Below are positions 12,885 through 25,563 of a stretch of 64,000 bases of DNA, one piece after another. The notes below the pieces were generated by a model. The model saw only the letters and a list, made by a program, of their open reading frames with translations, was not told where the DNA came from and did not search any database. The position numbers and the translations under genes are program-made. Positions within the stretch are counted from its first letter, which is position 1. Each line of letters opens with the position of its first letter. The stretch comes from Octopus sinensis (Eukaryota), in NCBI RefSeq assembly GCF_006345805.1, contig NC_043012.1, forward strand, positions 7,812,001 to 7,876,000, given 5' to 3'.

Positions 12885-12962
12885 AATAATAAAATATATG
12901 GATACATACATACATATATGTACGTACCTACATCTACAAGTATATATACATGTATATATACA

Positions 12963-13027
<65 letters not shown>

Positions 13028-13274
13028 TACAGGACACCACAAATAAACGTAGAACTCAACGAGAAACGAAAACATAAAAACAAACTAGGAAACGGACTTT
13101 TTTTAACAACGAAAAAACAGAGTACAAGACAAACAATACCAGGAATATTCCTCTTCATCAGCTGTCCCTGGTTCGACTCAATGCGTGTTTCGAAGGTAAG
13201 GACAGTATATATTATACCGGTTATGTGTTGCACAAAGACTGAATTGGTGAGATCAAGTTTACCTCCCCTCCAGC

Positions 13275-13715
13275 TCATATTGAAACTCTGACGTCTGGCA
13301 GCTGACTTGGCAGACACCCATAAAATTATTAACCATCTTACTAATAATAACTCTGAGCACCTTTTCTAACTCCACCTGTCTAACACCCGTGGACATGTTT
13401 ACAAAGTCACAAAACAGCACAGCTCCCATGACTTTAGGAAACATTTTTTTCACGCTGAGAGTTGCTGAAGCATGGAGCAAACTGCCGGCATCAGTTGTTA
13501 GTTGTCGGAGCACTGCATCCTTCAAAACTTCCATGCTTCCTGAGATTCGCCAACACTACACCTGATTTTCTCCCCTCCATACACACGCAAGCATGTATCT
13601 GACTCATACACTGTTCACTTTCCAGATATTTGTACATTACTGCATATGCTTTATACGCACCTTTGACAACTTGTGGTGCACCTGAGCACTGTATACAATA
13701 ATTTCATTATATTAT
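13275..13715 (+). mobile_element. CR1/L2-group LINE 3' fragment, related subfamily with longer 3'UTR
   Basis: Same TRGH / RVAEAW motifs and the GTGCACCTGAGCACTGTA 3' motif. A shorter copy lies at 18325-18510. Confidence 0.8.
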
Positions 13716-15458
13716 ATATGTTTGTGCTAGAGGCTATGTCCAAGCTTTATTGAACTCTTCGCAGTCCAGTCCCTCTGGCTGCAAATAGGTATCCCTATTT
13801 GTAACCGACTAATGACCCATTATTTTGTAGCGTGGAAATCACCATTTCCGACAGGGAATTATATCTGCGAACGAACAGCGTTTATCCAGGGGAAATAGAT
13901 CTTCTATTTACCTAAAACTACGGAAACCATACGAACAATTAAGTGACAAACATGTGTGGATGTGTGGTTAATAGTCTTGCTTACCAGTAACATAGTTCCG
14001 AGTTCAGTCCCACAGCGTCGCACCGTTGTGAAGTGTTTTCTACCATAGACCCGGGCCAACCAAAGACTTGTGAGTTTATTTAGTAGACGCGAGCTGAAAG
14101 AAAATCGCTGCGCAGACACGCACACATATTTACTTATGTGCGTGTGTTTTCGTGTCTGTCCCCCACCACCGCCGTCCCTGTAATTTAGCGGTTCGGCAAA
14201 CGAAACCGACACAGTAAGTACTGGGATTAAATTCTCTAAAGAAACACTGAATAAGAACTAATAAAAAATGTTTTTTAATTCTTTCAAGGGAAGTAACTCA
14301 TATATAAATTTGATAGAGTTACGTCCCTTGATAATTTCAAATTTTAAAAAAGAACCAAGTTATGGGGATATAAACACACCAGCAGCGGTTGTCAAGCAGT
14401 TGTGGGGACAAACACACACATAGCAACGATATATATATCGTTGCTATTATGTTAAACTGTCATATGTCCAAACTTGACCAAATGTATTTTTTTCAATATT
14501 CATTTTTGTTTGCAATAGCCGTTTCTTTTGGTCAAACTATCGTATCTCCAGCTGCTTCAGATGCTAAGATATCAAAAATTGTCAAAGTGTAGTACAACGG
14601 TTTTGTTATGGGATGTAAAACTACTTTTTTGTTTTCTGAAAAAAGCAACGTTTTGGACTTATGACGCTTTTACATAATAGCAACGATACATATATATATA
14701 TGGCGTTAGGAAGGGCATCCAGCTGTAGAAACACTGCCAGATAAGACTGGAGCCTGGTGCAGCCTTCTGGCTTTCCAGATCCCCGGTCGAACCGTCCAAC
14801 CCATGCTAGCATGGAGAACGGACGTTAAACGATGATGATGATGATGATGATGATATATACATATACATATAAAGGGTGAAATATAATTAATTTAATAAAA
14901 TTAATAAATTTCACCTAGTAGTCTTTCGGTATGGAAAGGACCATATTCGATAAAAATTATATATAATTATGATAAAGGTTACCATTTGGCTGCTATTTCT
15001 AATATTTTCGGTATGTGGTTTAAGCAACTTGTTGCAAAAAACCCTTTATTATAAATATATATATATTATATATACATAGGCTACTTTCAGTTTCTGTCTA
15101 CCAAATCTACTCACAAGGCTTTGGTTGGCCCGAGGCTATAGTAGAAGACACTTGCCCAAGGTGGTATGCAGTGGGACTGAACCCAGAACCATGTGGTTGG
15201 TTAACAAGCCTCTTACAACACAGCCATGCCTGTGCCTCCACGCACCCACAAATACCTTTCAATTAATTTCCAGATGTTGTCGATTACGATTATATCAGAA
15301 TTTAATGAAAAAAAAAAAAAAAACATTGGTGGCTACACACACACACACATACATACTGACAGATCACAGAAAAAAAGAAAGGGGAAAAGGTAGTGAGGGT
15401 GTAATTGAAGAAAGATTTGGTTGGCTTTGAAATTTCAAATGAGCTGAAAAAGAATATA

Positions 15459-15693
15459 TATTTCTTTATTAACCACAAGGGGCTAAACATAGAGGGGACA
15501 AACAAGGACAGACAAAGGGATTAATTCGATTACATCGACCCCAGTGCGAAATTGGTACTTTATTTATCGACCCCGAAAGGATGAAAGGCAAAGTCGACCT
15601 TGGCGGAATTTGAACTCACAACATAACGACAGGCGAAATACCGCTAAGCATTTCGCCCGGCGCGTTAACGTTTCTGCCATCTCGCCGCCTTAA
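15459..15693 (-). mobile_element. tRNA-derived SINE family B, full length with TSD
   Basis: 17-bp TSD AGCTGAAAAAGAATATA (15442-15458, 15694-15710). B box GAGTTCAAATTCC. GCCTTTCATCCTTTCGGGGTCGATAAA core (Meta-domain-like from memory). Other copies at about 3715-4253 (three), 9458-9630, 28098-28795 (three in tandem), 35450-35580, 43912-44350 (two), 48708-48918. Confidence 0.85.
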
Positions 15694-17354
15694 AGCTGAA
15701 AAAGAATATAGAAGTGCTTCATAACGTGGGAAAGAAGAGTAAATAACAATTGATTGACAGCAAGCTAGCTATCAATCAATCTATCTATCTAGATAGATAT
15801 ATTGATCTCCAGTGGCTCAATGTCATCTTGGAGGATGCAGAAAGGACTAGCATGGGGCCACCAGTGATGGAGTCTGGTTGGCTCTATGCATAATGATGGC
15901 TCTGGGATTACTAACTAGGAATGACCCCAGCCACTTCAAGCAAGAGCATGAAGTCAAGCCATCATCATCATTTAACGTCCGCTTTCCATGCTGGCATGGG
16001 TTGGACGGTTTAACTGGGGTCTGTGAAGCCGGAAGGCTTCATCAGGCCCAGTCAGATTTGGCAGTGTTTCTACGGCTGGATGCCCTTCCTAACGCCAACC
16101 ACTCCGTAAGTGTAGTGGGTGCTATCACCATCATCATACCATTCACTTTTCTGTTTGCATGAATCAGGCGGAGTTTATTGAGGCAGAATTTTCACAGTTT
16201 GAAGCCCTGCTTTTGCCAACCTTCAGCTGTTTACAATAAAGGTAAAATTCCAAGACTAGGCATTTTTTTGCAGAATACTGGAAATAAATGATACTGCCTG
16301 TATGACAATCATTTACAACTACCACACAATGTCAAGACAAGAACATACATATATATATATGATGGGCTTCTTTCAGTTTCCATCTACCAGCACTATAGAA
16401 GAAAATACTTGCCCAAGGTGTTATGCAGTGGGATTGAACCTAAAACCATGTGATTGTTGAGAAGCAAACTTCTTAACTATACAGTCTGCACACACACACA
16501 CACTCTTTTACTTGTTTCAGTCATTTGACTGCAGCCATGCTGGAGCACCGCCTTTAGTCGAGTAACTCGACCCCGGGACTTATTCTTTTTGTAAGCCCAG
16601 TACTTATTCTATTGGTCTCTTTTTGCCGAACCGCTAAGTGACGGGGACGTAAGCTAAGTGACGGGGACGTAAACACACCAGCATCGGTTGTCAAGCAATG
16701 CTAGGGGAACAAACACAGACACACAAACATATATACGACAGGCTTCTTTCAGTTTCCGTCTACCAAATCCACTCACAAGGCATTGGTCGGCCCGGGGCTA
16801 TAGTAGAAGACACTTGCCCAAGATGCCATGCAGTGGGACTGAACCCGGAACCATGTGGTTGGTTAGCAAGCTACTTACCACACAGCCACTAACTTGACTT
16901 ACTAATAGGGCAATTTAATTATTTTTTGTTTTAATAATCAATATATTGTAACAGCAGTAGCAAAGACTTTTCACAGGTGGTTACAGTAAATTTGACGCTA
17001 TTCAGTAATTAGAGCAATTATTTCCCCCATTATAGATTGGTTTAACAAAAGCAAGCATGAAGAGCCAAGCAGCCGCTTCTATAAGATTTCCACAATAATT
17101 TTGGTCTGGAAATAAAGCACTGAAGATTTTGTTAACCAGAAGACAAGGTACTGAACACAATGCAGTAACTAGTAGTGAAAAAAAAAAAGAAGAAAAGAGT
17201 CAGTGTAAAACTGGCTAAACATAACAACTGTGAACTTAGAGTAAGAAACAATTTCGTGCAAGAAGTAAACAGTAAAATGCTGGGTAACTAATGCAAACAT
17301 ATGAACTGTCTGTACTTCATGCAAATGTGCAAGCATGCAAAGGTGATTATAAAC

Positions 17355-17389
<35 letters not shown>

Positions 17390-17686
17390 AGAAGGTGAAT
17401 GAATTATCCTAGTATGGATAATTCGGTTAACCGATACCTGGGTAGCAAATTCACGCCAGAAAACACGGTTGAAGCTATATGCCAAGGGCAGGGATCCCGT
17501 GTTCTCGTGTGTAAATTTGTGTGTTTTTTTTAACTATGAATAAATGAAAGAATGGAGTCGAACGTATATATATATATATATATATAAAGTTAATCCAAAC
17601 ATGAAAACACAAAGAGAAAACACAACACGAGGACATGGAACAAATATAGTATTATTGGACGCTCAGAAAGGAAGGGAAGAAGGAGG

Positions 17687-17721
17687 GTTTTACGTTTCGA
17701 GCGGAGCTCTTCGTCAGAAAC
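17687..17721 (-). ncRNA. Minimal type I hammerhead ribozyme motif (Penelope-type)
   Basis: GTTT-CTGACGA-A-GAGC(TCC)GCTC-GAAAC-GTA-AAAC: intact core, stems I and II, palindromic ACGT in place of stem III. Lies in a ~200-bp element (17588-17795) abutting (TA)n. Confidence 0.75.
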
Positions 17722-19125
17722 ATAGGAAAAGGAAAGATTCAGAGAAGGGAAGATGGAGGAAAAAAAATCGCCAACGGTACACACGCAGTCTCGATACACA
17801 CACACACACACATATAGTAGTAGTGGTGGTGGTGATGGTGGTAGTAGTTGTGGTTTAGCTTGTACAGGCAAAGATGGGAGTGCTCAATACTCAGCAGGTA
17901 AGAGTTGAAGAAACACTACGGATCTGAAGCCCCCCCACCACCACCACCACTCATGTTACTAGCAGCAATCTTTAGTGTTCCATTCACCTTCCACGTATAT
18001 TGCATCTGATGACAGCTTGTCAGTGAAAGCTGTAAGGACACAATGTTAAATTTCTCAATTTCACATGATATGCCCACACACACATCACCATCATTTTTCC
18101 ATGGGTCATATGGAGTTTTTTTGAGGCAGATATTCTATGGCTAGACAAAGCCCTTCCTGGCGCCCACCCTCACCCATTTCCAAATACAGTAATCTTTCTC
18201 CATGACTAGACATGTTTTTCACAGAGGATTGCAAATGAACAACCTCACTTGTATGACAGTGATGCTCATTTACAATCACCACATGGTATCAAGACAAGAG
18301 TACAAACACACACACATGTGTAACAGAGTTGCTGAAGCATGGAACAAACTGCCTGCGTCAGTTGTTGACTGCCATGACACTGCATCCTTTAAGGCCCTCA
18401 TGCTTTCCGAAATCCGTCGAAACTACACCTGATTATACATACACTTTAGATGAGTTGTAGTGCACCTGAGCACTGTACACAATGTTTTTATTATTATTAT
18501 TATTATTATTTAAGACACTTGCCTGAGGTACACCTGGGAACAAATGGCAAAGCACATATACATACATTATTTTGTGTGTGTGTGTGTGTATACACATGCT
18601 TAACCAATGCATGTATTGACTAATCTTCTCTTGCTTATGCACTATTTATTTATTTATGTGTATGGGTGTTTCATCATCATCATCATCATCATCATCGTTT
18701 AGCGTCCGCTTTCCATGCTAGCATGGGTTGAACGGGTCAACTGGGGTCTGTGAAGCTGGAAGCCTTCGTCAGGCCCAGTCAGATCTGGCAGTGTTTCTAC
18801 GGCTGGATGCCCTTCCTAACGCCAACCACTCCGCAAGTGTTTGTGTATAAAATATAGTTTTGGAAATAGAAAAAAGAAAATAGAACTCAAAACATGAGTA
18901 TTCTCTTATTCTTTTACTTGTTTCAGTTATTTTGACTGCGGCCATGCTGGAGCACCGTCTTTAGTTGAAAAAAACTGACTGCATGACTTATTCTTTGTAA
19001 GCCTAGTACTTATTCTATTGGACTCTTTTGCCGAACTGCTAACTTACGGGGACGTAAACACACCAACATCAGTTGTCAAGTGATGGTGGTGGTGGTGGTG
19101 GTGGGACAAACACAGACACACAAAT

Positions 19126-19158
<33 letters not shown>

Positions 19159-19539
19159 CACACACAATGGGCTTCTTTCAGTTTCATTTACCAAATCGAC
19201 TCACAAGGTTTTGGTTGGCCCAAGGCTATAGAAGACACTTGCCCAAGGTGCCATGCAGTGGGACTGAACCCGGAACCATGTGGTTGGGAAACAAGCTTCT
19301 TACCGCACAGCCACACCTACAGATATTTTTTTTTATTTCATCAGCCGAAGTTACAAAGTGACTCAAGTTTTGTGGCTTGACACAAGTGCCAAAGCACAAA
19401 AATCTCAGCTCTCGAGTCACTTTGTAACTTCTGCAGATAAAAAAAAAAATAACACCCACACACGAAAAATGAAAACAAAAACAAAATGTTATTTGTGAGG
19501 GAAAAAAACTTGGGATCTCATCAATGGTTAAAGTAAAAG

Positions 19540-19545
19540 TTTATT
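19540..19545 (-). terminator. Polyadenylation signal AATAAA for PFDN1 exon 4a
   Basis: Canonical hexamer about 105 nt after the stop codon. Confidence 0.65.
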
Positions 19546-19650
19546 ACACAAATTAGTGTGAAATAGTTAAATAATGATAATGATAATAATAATAATCAGC
19601 CATCCTTTACACTGCTGCCAATGTTTGGTATCCCTATGAAGAGTGAATGG

Positions 19651-19737
19651 TCACTTGGTGGACTGCTTCGACATTATCATCTCTCGCAGGTTGTCTTCAG
19701 AATCTTTCAAACTTTTCTCCAAGATGACTTGTTTATT
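19651..19737 (-). CDS. PFDN1: Prefoldin subunit 1, terminal exon 4a (NKQVILEKSLKDSEDNLREMIMSKQSTK*)
   Basis: Acceptor ttttcag, phase 0, TGA at 19651-19653. Matches the PFDN1 C-terminus (LERSVKEAEDNIREM). Total CDS 381 nt, 126 aa. Confidence 0.93.
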   Translation of the reverse strand, partial: NKQVILEKSLKDSEDNLREMIMSKQSTK

Positions 19738-20569
19738 CTGAAAATAATTTAAATATGAGAACAAACATCTGTACAGGACACAGGGATGCAAAAACAAAAT
19801 CAATATTTGTACAAAGAGACATGTGAGTGAAATGGTAAGGAAGTAGAAAACCGACTGTGATGATAACAGACAAATGGATGAGTAACCTGCATGAGCAAGA
19901 CTTCCGATCCTACAAGAACTGCTGAGTTCTTCCTCTCATTAAAGTACCTAAATTTTGCATGTGCTTGCCTTTCTCTCTCTCTCTCACACACACACACATA
20001 CCCTCACTAGGGTTTTAAGGACACCATTATTACATAAGGTGTGTCTTCAGCATGTTTAGACCTGGCAGAGAGTGACACTCCCCAGGCCCACCCATGGCTG
20101 ATCTCTTCCAGAAAAATAGAGGTACACAGACAGAAAGTAAAACTGACTCCAGTACAGAACTGGTACTTTATTTATTGATTCAAAAAGAATAAAAGGCAAA
20201 GCTGCCCTTGGTGGGACTTCAACTCAGGGTGCAGGGAGCCAGAACAATTACCACAAAGCAATCTACCTGACACTCTAACAATTCTACTAATATCCAACAG
20301 AGTGACAACAAGAACAGCATCCACCCAGATTCATGAAGCACAACCAATGTGTTGGAATACATAAAACCAATGACTAAGAAGAGACAACAAGGGAAACTCT
20401 AAATGGTGACTGATTCTACCAACGAGACCTTGTCAGTCATACAAATATGTCTGCTTTTGTCACAGTGTAAAAATATCAATGACCAACACTACAAGAAGTA
20501 ACAGACACCGTGCTAGAATGAATTATTTATTATGCATACCAAGCAGTTTTGTGACCGAAACAAATTTTT

Positions 20570-20981
20570 TACCTTCTAGTACTGAAATTTCTGTCAAATG
20601 TAATGCTTATTTATTCATATTCATTTGAATTAGTCATTCGTTACTTTGATGTAATTGTTTGCTTTTAGGGTAAGTTTGAGTGGCTGGATCTGGCCAATTT
20701 GAAAATAAAACAGGTAGATTATTTTGACCGTATATGGCCAGTTGAAATGCTAGAGGGTTAACCCTTTCGTTACCAACCTGGCTGAAACCGGCTCTGGCTC
20801 TGAGTACAAATGTCTTGTTTTCATAAGTGTTAAATTAAAATCTTCCACCAAACCTTAGTCACAATTTATGTTCCTAACACTAGCTTAATGATAACTAAGT
20901 TATTTTATTAAATTCTTTGTTATATTTAAAGTAATTGAAAGAAACACAGAGCATCTCAAAATAAATACAGTAATGAAAGGT
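20570..20981. mobile_element. Two adjacent piggyBac-like MITEs sharing a TTAA
   Basis: ...GCTAGAGGG-TTAA-CCCTTTCGTTAC...GTAATGAAAGG. The first family recurs at about 22607-22828. Confidence 0.6.
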
Positions 20982-22166
20982 TTAAATCAGTTCACAAGGT
21001 TGTCACCCTTGGTACTGATAAGAGCAAAACAGCTAGAAATGCATTTATCTCTCTACTAGGGAGCGCAACAAGATGACTGATAATGTTTTGACACCTATTG
21101 CCTGAAGTGAAAATTTTTCTCCATGGCAAATTCAGTAAAAAAGGCCCTTTTTATAGATCAAATATGTCACAAGCATGATTGAACTGATTTCAAAGTGTTT
21201 TTTTTTAATTAATAGTTTTAATCCCTTCCCATAAAATTCCTGGTAATGTGATGTAGTCACATGTTTTCAACATAGTAATGTGATGTAGTCACATGAGAAA
21301 CAAAACACTACATTACTTCCTTAATTTTTGAATAGACTGATGAAACGGAAGCAATAATTCCTGCACACAAGAATGTTTTAATTTGTCATGCTTGTAATTA
21401 GTTACCATGGAAATGACAATGAATCACATGACTATGGGTAAAAATTATATAAGAATAGAGCCAATGAGGACAACACAGTCACTCAGTTTGCTAGAAATAA
21501 TAACCAAATCACCTTCAAAGTTTTTCATAAATCTTAAAAAAAAAATAGGTAGGGTGGAGGAAAGAGACATTGGCTATTGTAATCTTGGATATACTTATCC
21601 TGTAAATAAAAACTGATAGGTCAAAGCTGGAACAGCTACGATCACAATTTTACTCACTCAACAATAACATGTATTTAACAAAATATATGTGATTTATGTA
21701 ATCTGGAACAGAAATTAAAGCTATGAGATGTCTCTGTATCACAGACTTCAAGATCCAGTCAAGTATATTTGTGAAAGAAACATTCCCCTGGATAGGATGC
21801 AAGTCTATTGAAGATAACAGTCCACAAGATTGGTATTTATTCTCCTCACAGCTGAGTAAAACCATAGAAAATATGAAACTCATGGCGTAACCTGTGCCAA
21901 TTGGTTCCCTGATCCTTCCTTATTCTGCTCAAACAATCTCACCTCAACATGTATGAATGGTAACAATATGTGATAAACAGGTGATTATGCTCACCAGAGA
22001 GGGGGAAAGAGTGAGAGATGGGTGGATGGTGTCAGAAAGATCACCTCAAAAAATAGAGATTTGATATTCACAGATGGAGAGAGACTGTTGTAGAAATAAG
22101 AGAGAGAGAGACAAGGACAACAACCAGACACGGTTAGTTGAGGAGGATGCAACTATTTAACATTTA

Positions 22167-22506
22167 TGGAGATGTACTTGCATAGCAAGCGACTTGATCT
22201 GAGATCGTATGCTAAAACAAAAACAATTGCAATGTGGAAGGTGTTTATAAGCCATATAAAAAAACACACAAAAACTGTTAGATTCACTTCAACATTTAAA
22301 TTTAATCTGTGTCAAAATATTTTCGCTGCTTTGAAACCGCAACCTGTTCACTGACAAAATTTCATGCAGCACAAAATTTTGTCAGTGAACAGGTCGCGTT
22401 TCAAAGAGACGAAAATATTTTGACACAGATTAAATTTAAATGTTGAAGTGAATCTAACGGTTTTTGTGTGTTTTTTAAACAGCTTATAAACACCTTCCAC
22501 ACTGCA
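22167..22506. mobile_element. Foldback insertion with ~135-bp inverted arms (Penelope-like inverted terminus)
   Basis: Arms about 22227-22361 and 22374-22506 are highly similar reverse complements. Flanked by AACATTTA at 22159-22166 and 22507-22514. Confidence 0.65.
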
Positions 22507-25223
22507 AACATTTAACAGAAACTACTACACTGCTTAACAAATCTACATAGAGCTACGTTATATTAAGCGTTCCCTCCAACCACTTAAGTGTTTCTAAGAC
22601 TTCTCCACCCTTTAGCATTCAGATTATTCTGTCAAATGTACTGCTTATTTATTCACAATGTTTTGAATTAATCATGCATTATCTCGTAGCTTTGAGATTT
22701 CAATGATGTGATTATTCAGTTGTAGAACGATATTGTAGCTTATGTGTGAAAGGCCAGATCTGGCCAGTTAGAATATAAAAGTGGTAGAATATTTGGGTTG
22801 GATACAGCCAGTTTAAATGCTAAGTTAAACTCTAAACAGTTTTGTAGAATTTCACTCATCAGTTCTCTTATTTGGTGTTAAGGAGAGGAAGACCAAACTC
22901 CCTGTCTAAAGTGGTCCAAGTTAGAAACTTTTTTTCAAGAATTTATGCTTATTTGTTCCAAACATCGGCTTAATAATGGCAAAATTACTTCACTAAATTC
23001 TTGATTATTTTCGAAGTTTAACAGAAACAAAATCAGTGTATTTCAATAGAAATATAGTAGCAAAAGGGTGTAAGTGGGCAGTTTTGTTGCAAACACCAAT
23101 CAATAGAACTACAGTCAAGCTACAAGAAAAACCAAGGACTGATACAGAGGTTAAACAACTCTTAATCGAATAATATCTACAAATTTATGAAAATCATTCT
23201 CAGCTGATAATCATAGCATGGCTCAAACACATAAAACCATTAACTACATCTGGTGATTCGAGCATGACCCAAACAGATGTAAAAGCTATCTCTGTGGAAA
23301 TTCCCAGTAATGAAATGGATACAAGACAGTTTTTATACAAAAGAATATAGAAGAAACAAATAAAACAAAACAAGGTATTACAGGGAAGAAATCCCAAAGA
23401 AAAGTGAACCTAGAGACAATAGAGAAGAAAAGAGGAAGAGGTAGAAGCATTAGTAGGAAGAGGGTCAAGATGTAGCAGATGCTACCAGATCTAACACAAG
23501 ATGTGATACAGAAGAAATGTGGAGAAAAAAAACAAAACAAAAACACAAAACATAGGTGTTCACGGTAAGAAATACTTACCTTGATCATATCACATCACAG
23601 TTTCACTGTTCTGTGGTACAGTGGTCACTCTCACAGATGGTACCGTAAAGAAGAAATACATTCTTAAGTGGCCGACTTTTTTAAAAAGACCAAATTTAAG
23701 AGCCTTTGCAAAACAGAAACTTAAGCAGAAATAATTTGAAAAATGCAGACTGTAAGAACCAGTTGCTGTCGGCTGAGGATAATTTTTTTTTGTTTTCTTA
23801 CATATTTATGATATTACACTAATATAAAAATTTATAATTATTATTACAATTATTAATTAATAAACTGATATGGCTATAAAAAACTATTATTATTATCATT
23901 ATTATTTTGTCATAAAGATTTCAGTAAATAATAACTAATCTCAGTTACAGCTTATATGAATAATTTTTTTTATATATAAACTTTTATATAAATTTTTTAA
24001 AAGATTGTCTTTTGTAATTAAGTTCTGAAAGTGGATGACCAATGTTACAAAGAGAGAGATGGGGGTGGAGTAAAATGCTGGACAGCAGAAGTCGTGGGTA
24101 GCATTAAAGACAAAGAATAAGGGAGGCAGTGGGAGAAATTAAAATAGTGATGAGAGGGTAACATGTGCGTGTGTGTGTGCTATATTGGTTTTGTGCAGAA
24201 AATTGCATTCAGTAAACATTACATGCATCACTGTTGCACATAACGGCATCCACAGCTTTCAAACCCAAAGATGTTGAGAACCAATCTTGGATTGGGATGG
24301 GAGGTGCTGGATTAGGGGGTTAACCGTGCAGAATTGCATATAATTAGGTTAGAATTTAGTTTCTGTCTTCATATTTTAGAGAAAAGTTCTCGACATTCTA
24401 CAATAATGCAAGTTCGATATTAAGAAATTTGGCAACTTGAAACAAAAAAAAAAAAACTTTGGAAAAAAGGTGAAATTTTAACAAAATAAAGGTAAAGGTC
24501 ATTAGCATTTAACGTTTGCTTTCTATGCTGGCATGGGTTAGATGGCTTAGCAGGAGCTAGTAAAGCCAGAAGCCACACCAAGTTCCACTGTCTGTTTTGG
24601 CATGCTTTCTACAGCTGGATGCCCTTCCTAATGCCAACCACTTTACAGAGTGCTTTTTTTTTTATGTGGTACCAGCACATAAAGCTTTCTATGTGGTAAC
24701 AGTACAGGTGCTTTTCACACGATGCCAGCACAACAAACAAATATTGTATATGAGATGTTGACAATTTTAACCAAAAAGCAATATACACATGACTGTGTGT
24801 GTATGTTCCACTGTGTGGCACCTTGTCTGACAAAAACCTTGAGACTGGATTTGCTAAGTGGACGTTCCATCATCTGTATATGCAAATGTCAAAGTGCTTG
24901 TGCCTCCTTTGACATCATAAGAATTTTAAACTTTCAAGATCAGCTATTCCAAAAAAGTAATTTGTTTCACATTCTCTCAAAAGCTTATAAAATTCTAATG
25001 ACATCAAAAGCATACAATACTCACTGGTAAGACGAAAACTTTTCTAAAATGTATAGAAAAACTGAAGAGATTGCTTTGGTCAAAGGGTAGAATTCTTGCC
25101 ATTACTACAGGGGATGTGGGTTCAAGCCTCACAGGAAACCTTCAACTTTTTTCAATCCAAAGTATTTTCTAACCCAATATTTTTCATGCTGTTGTTTATA
25201 GCCTTATGTGTGCTTCATGATCC

Positions 25224-25563
25224 ATCATCATCATCATTTAACGTCCATTTTCCGCGCTAGCATGGGTTGGACGGTTCGACCGGGGTCTGGGAAGCCAGGG
25301 GCTGCACCAGGCTCCAGTCCGATCTGGCAGTGTTTCTACAGCTGGATGCCCTTCCTAACGCCAACCACTCCGCGAGTGTAGTGGGTGGGTGCTTTTGACG
25401 TGCCACCTGCACAGGTGCCAGGGGAGTCTGGCATCGGCCACGATCGGATGGTGCTTTTAACGTGCCACCGGCACGGAAGCCGGCCAAGGCGGCGCTGGCA
25501 TCGGCCACGTTCGGATGGTGCTTTTTATGTGCCACCGGCACAGAAGCCAGTCGAGGCGCCGCT
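25224..25563 (-). mobile_element. SINE-like family C with (GAT)n tail and internal tandem units
   Basis: Core GGCGTTAGGAAGGGCATCCAGC...CCATGCTAGCATGGAAAGCGGACGTTAAA(CGATGAT)n. Other copies at about 5880-6131, 14701-14853, 15961-16122, 18671-18840, 24505-24720, 31104-31400, 32260-32515, 33420-33857, 46301-46475, 47145-47300. Confidence 0.8.

Noticed and set aside
23572-23749. ATACTTACCT resembling the U1 snRNA 5' end, or a strong minus-strand donor of a 170-nt cassette exon in PFDN1 intron 3
   Set aside because: Nothing after the first 10 nt resembles U1. The decamer is simply the complement of a consensus donor, and the acceptor is weak. A poison exon cannot be supported without RNA data.
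25388-25563. CRISPR-like repeat-spacer appearance
   Set aside because: The context is eukaryotic with no cas genes, the linkers resemble each other, and the array is internal to a SINE-like repeat.
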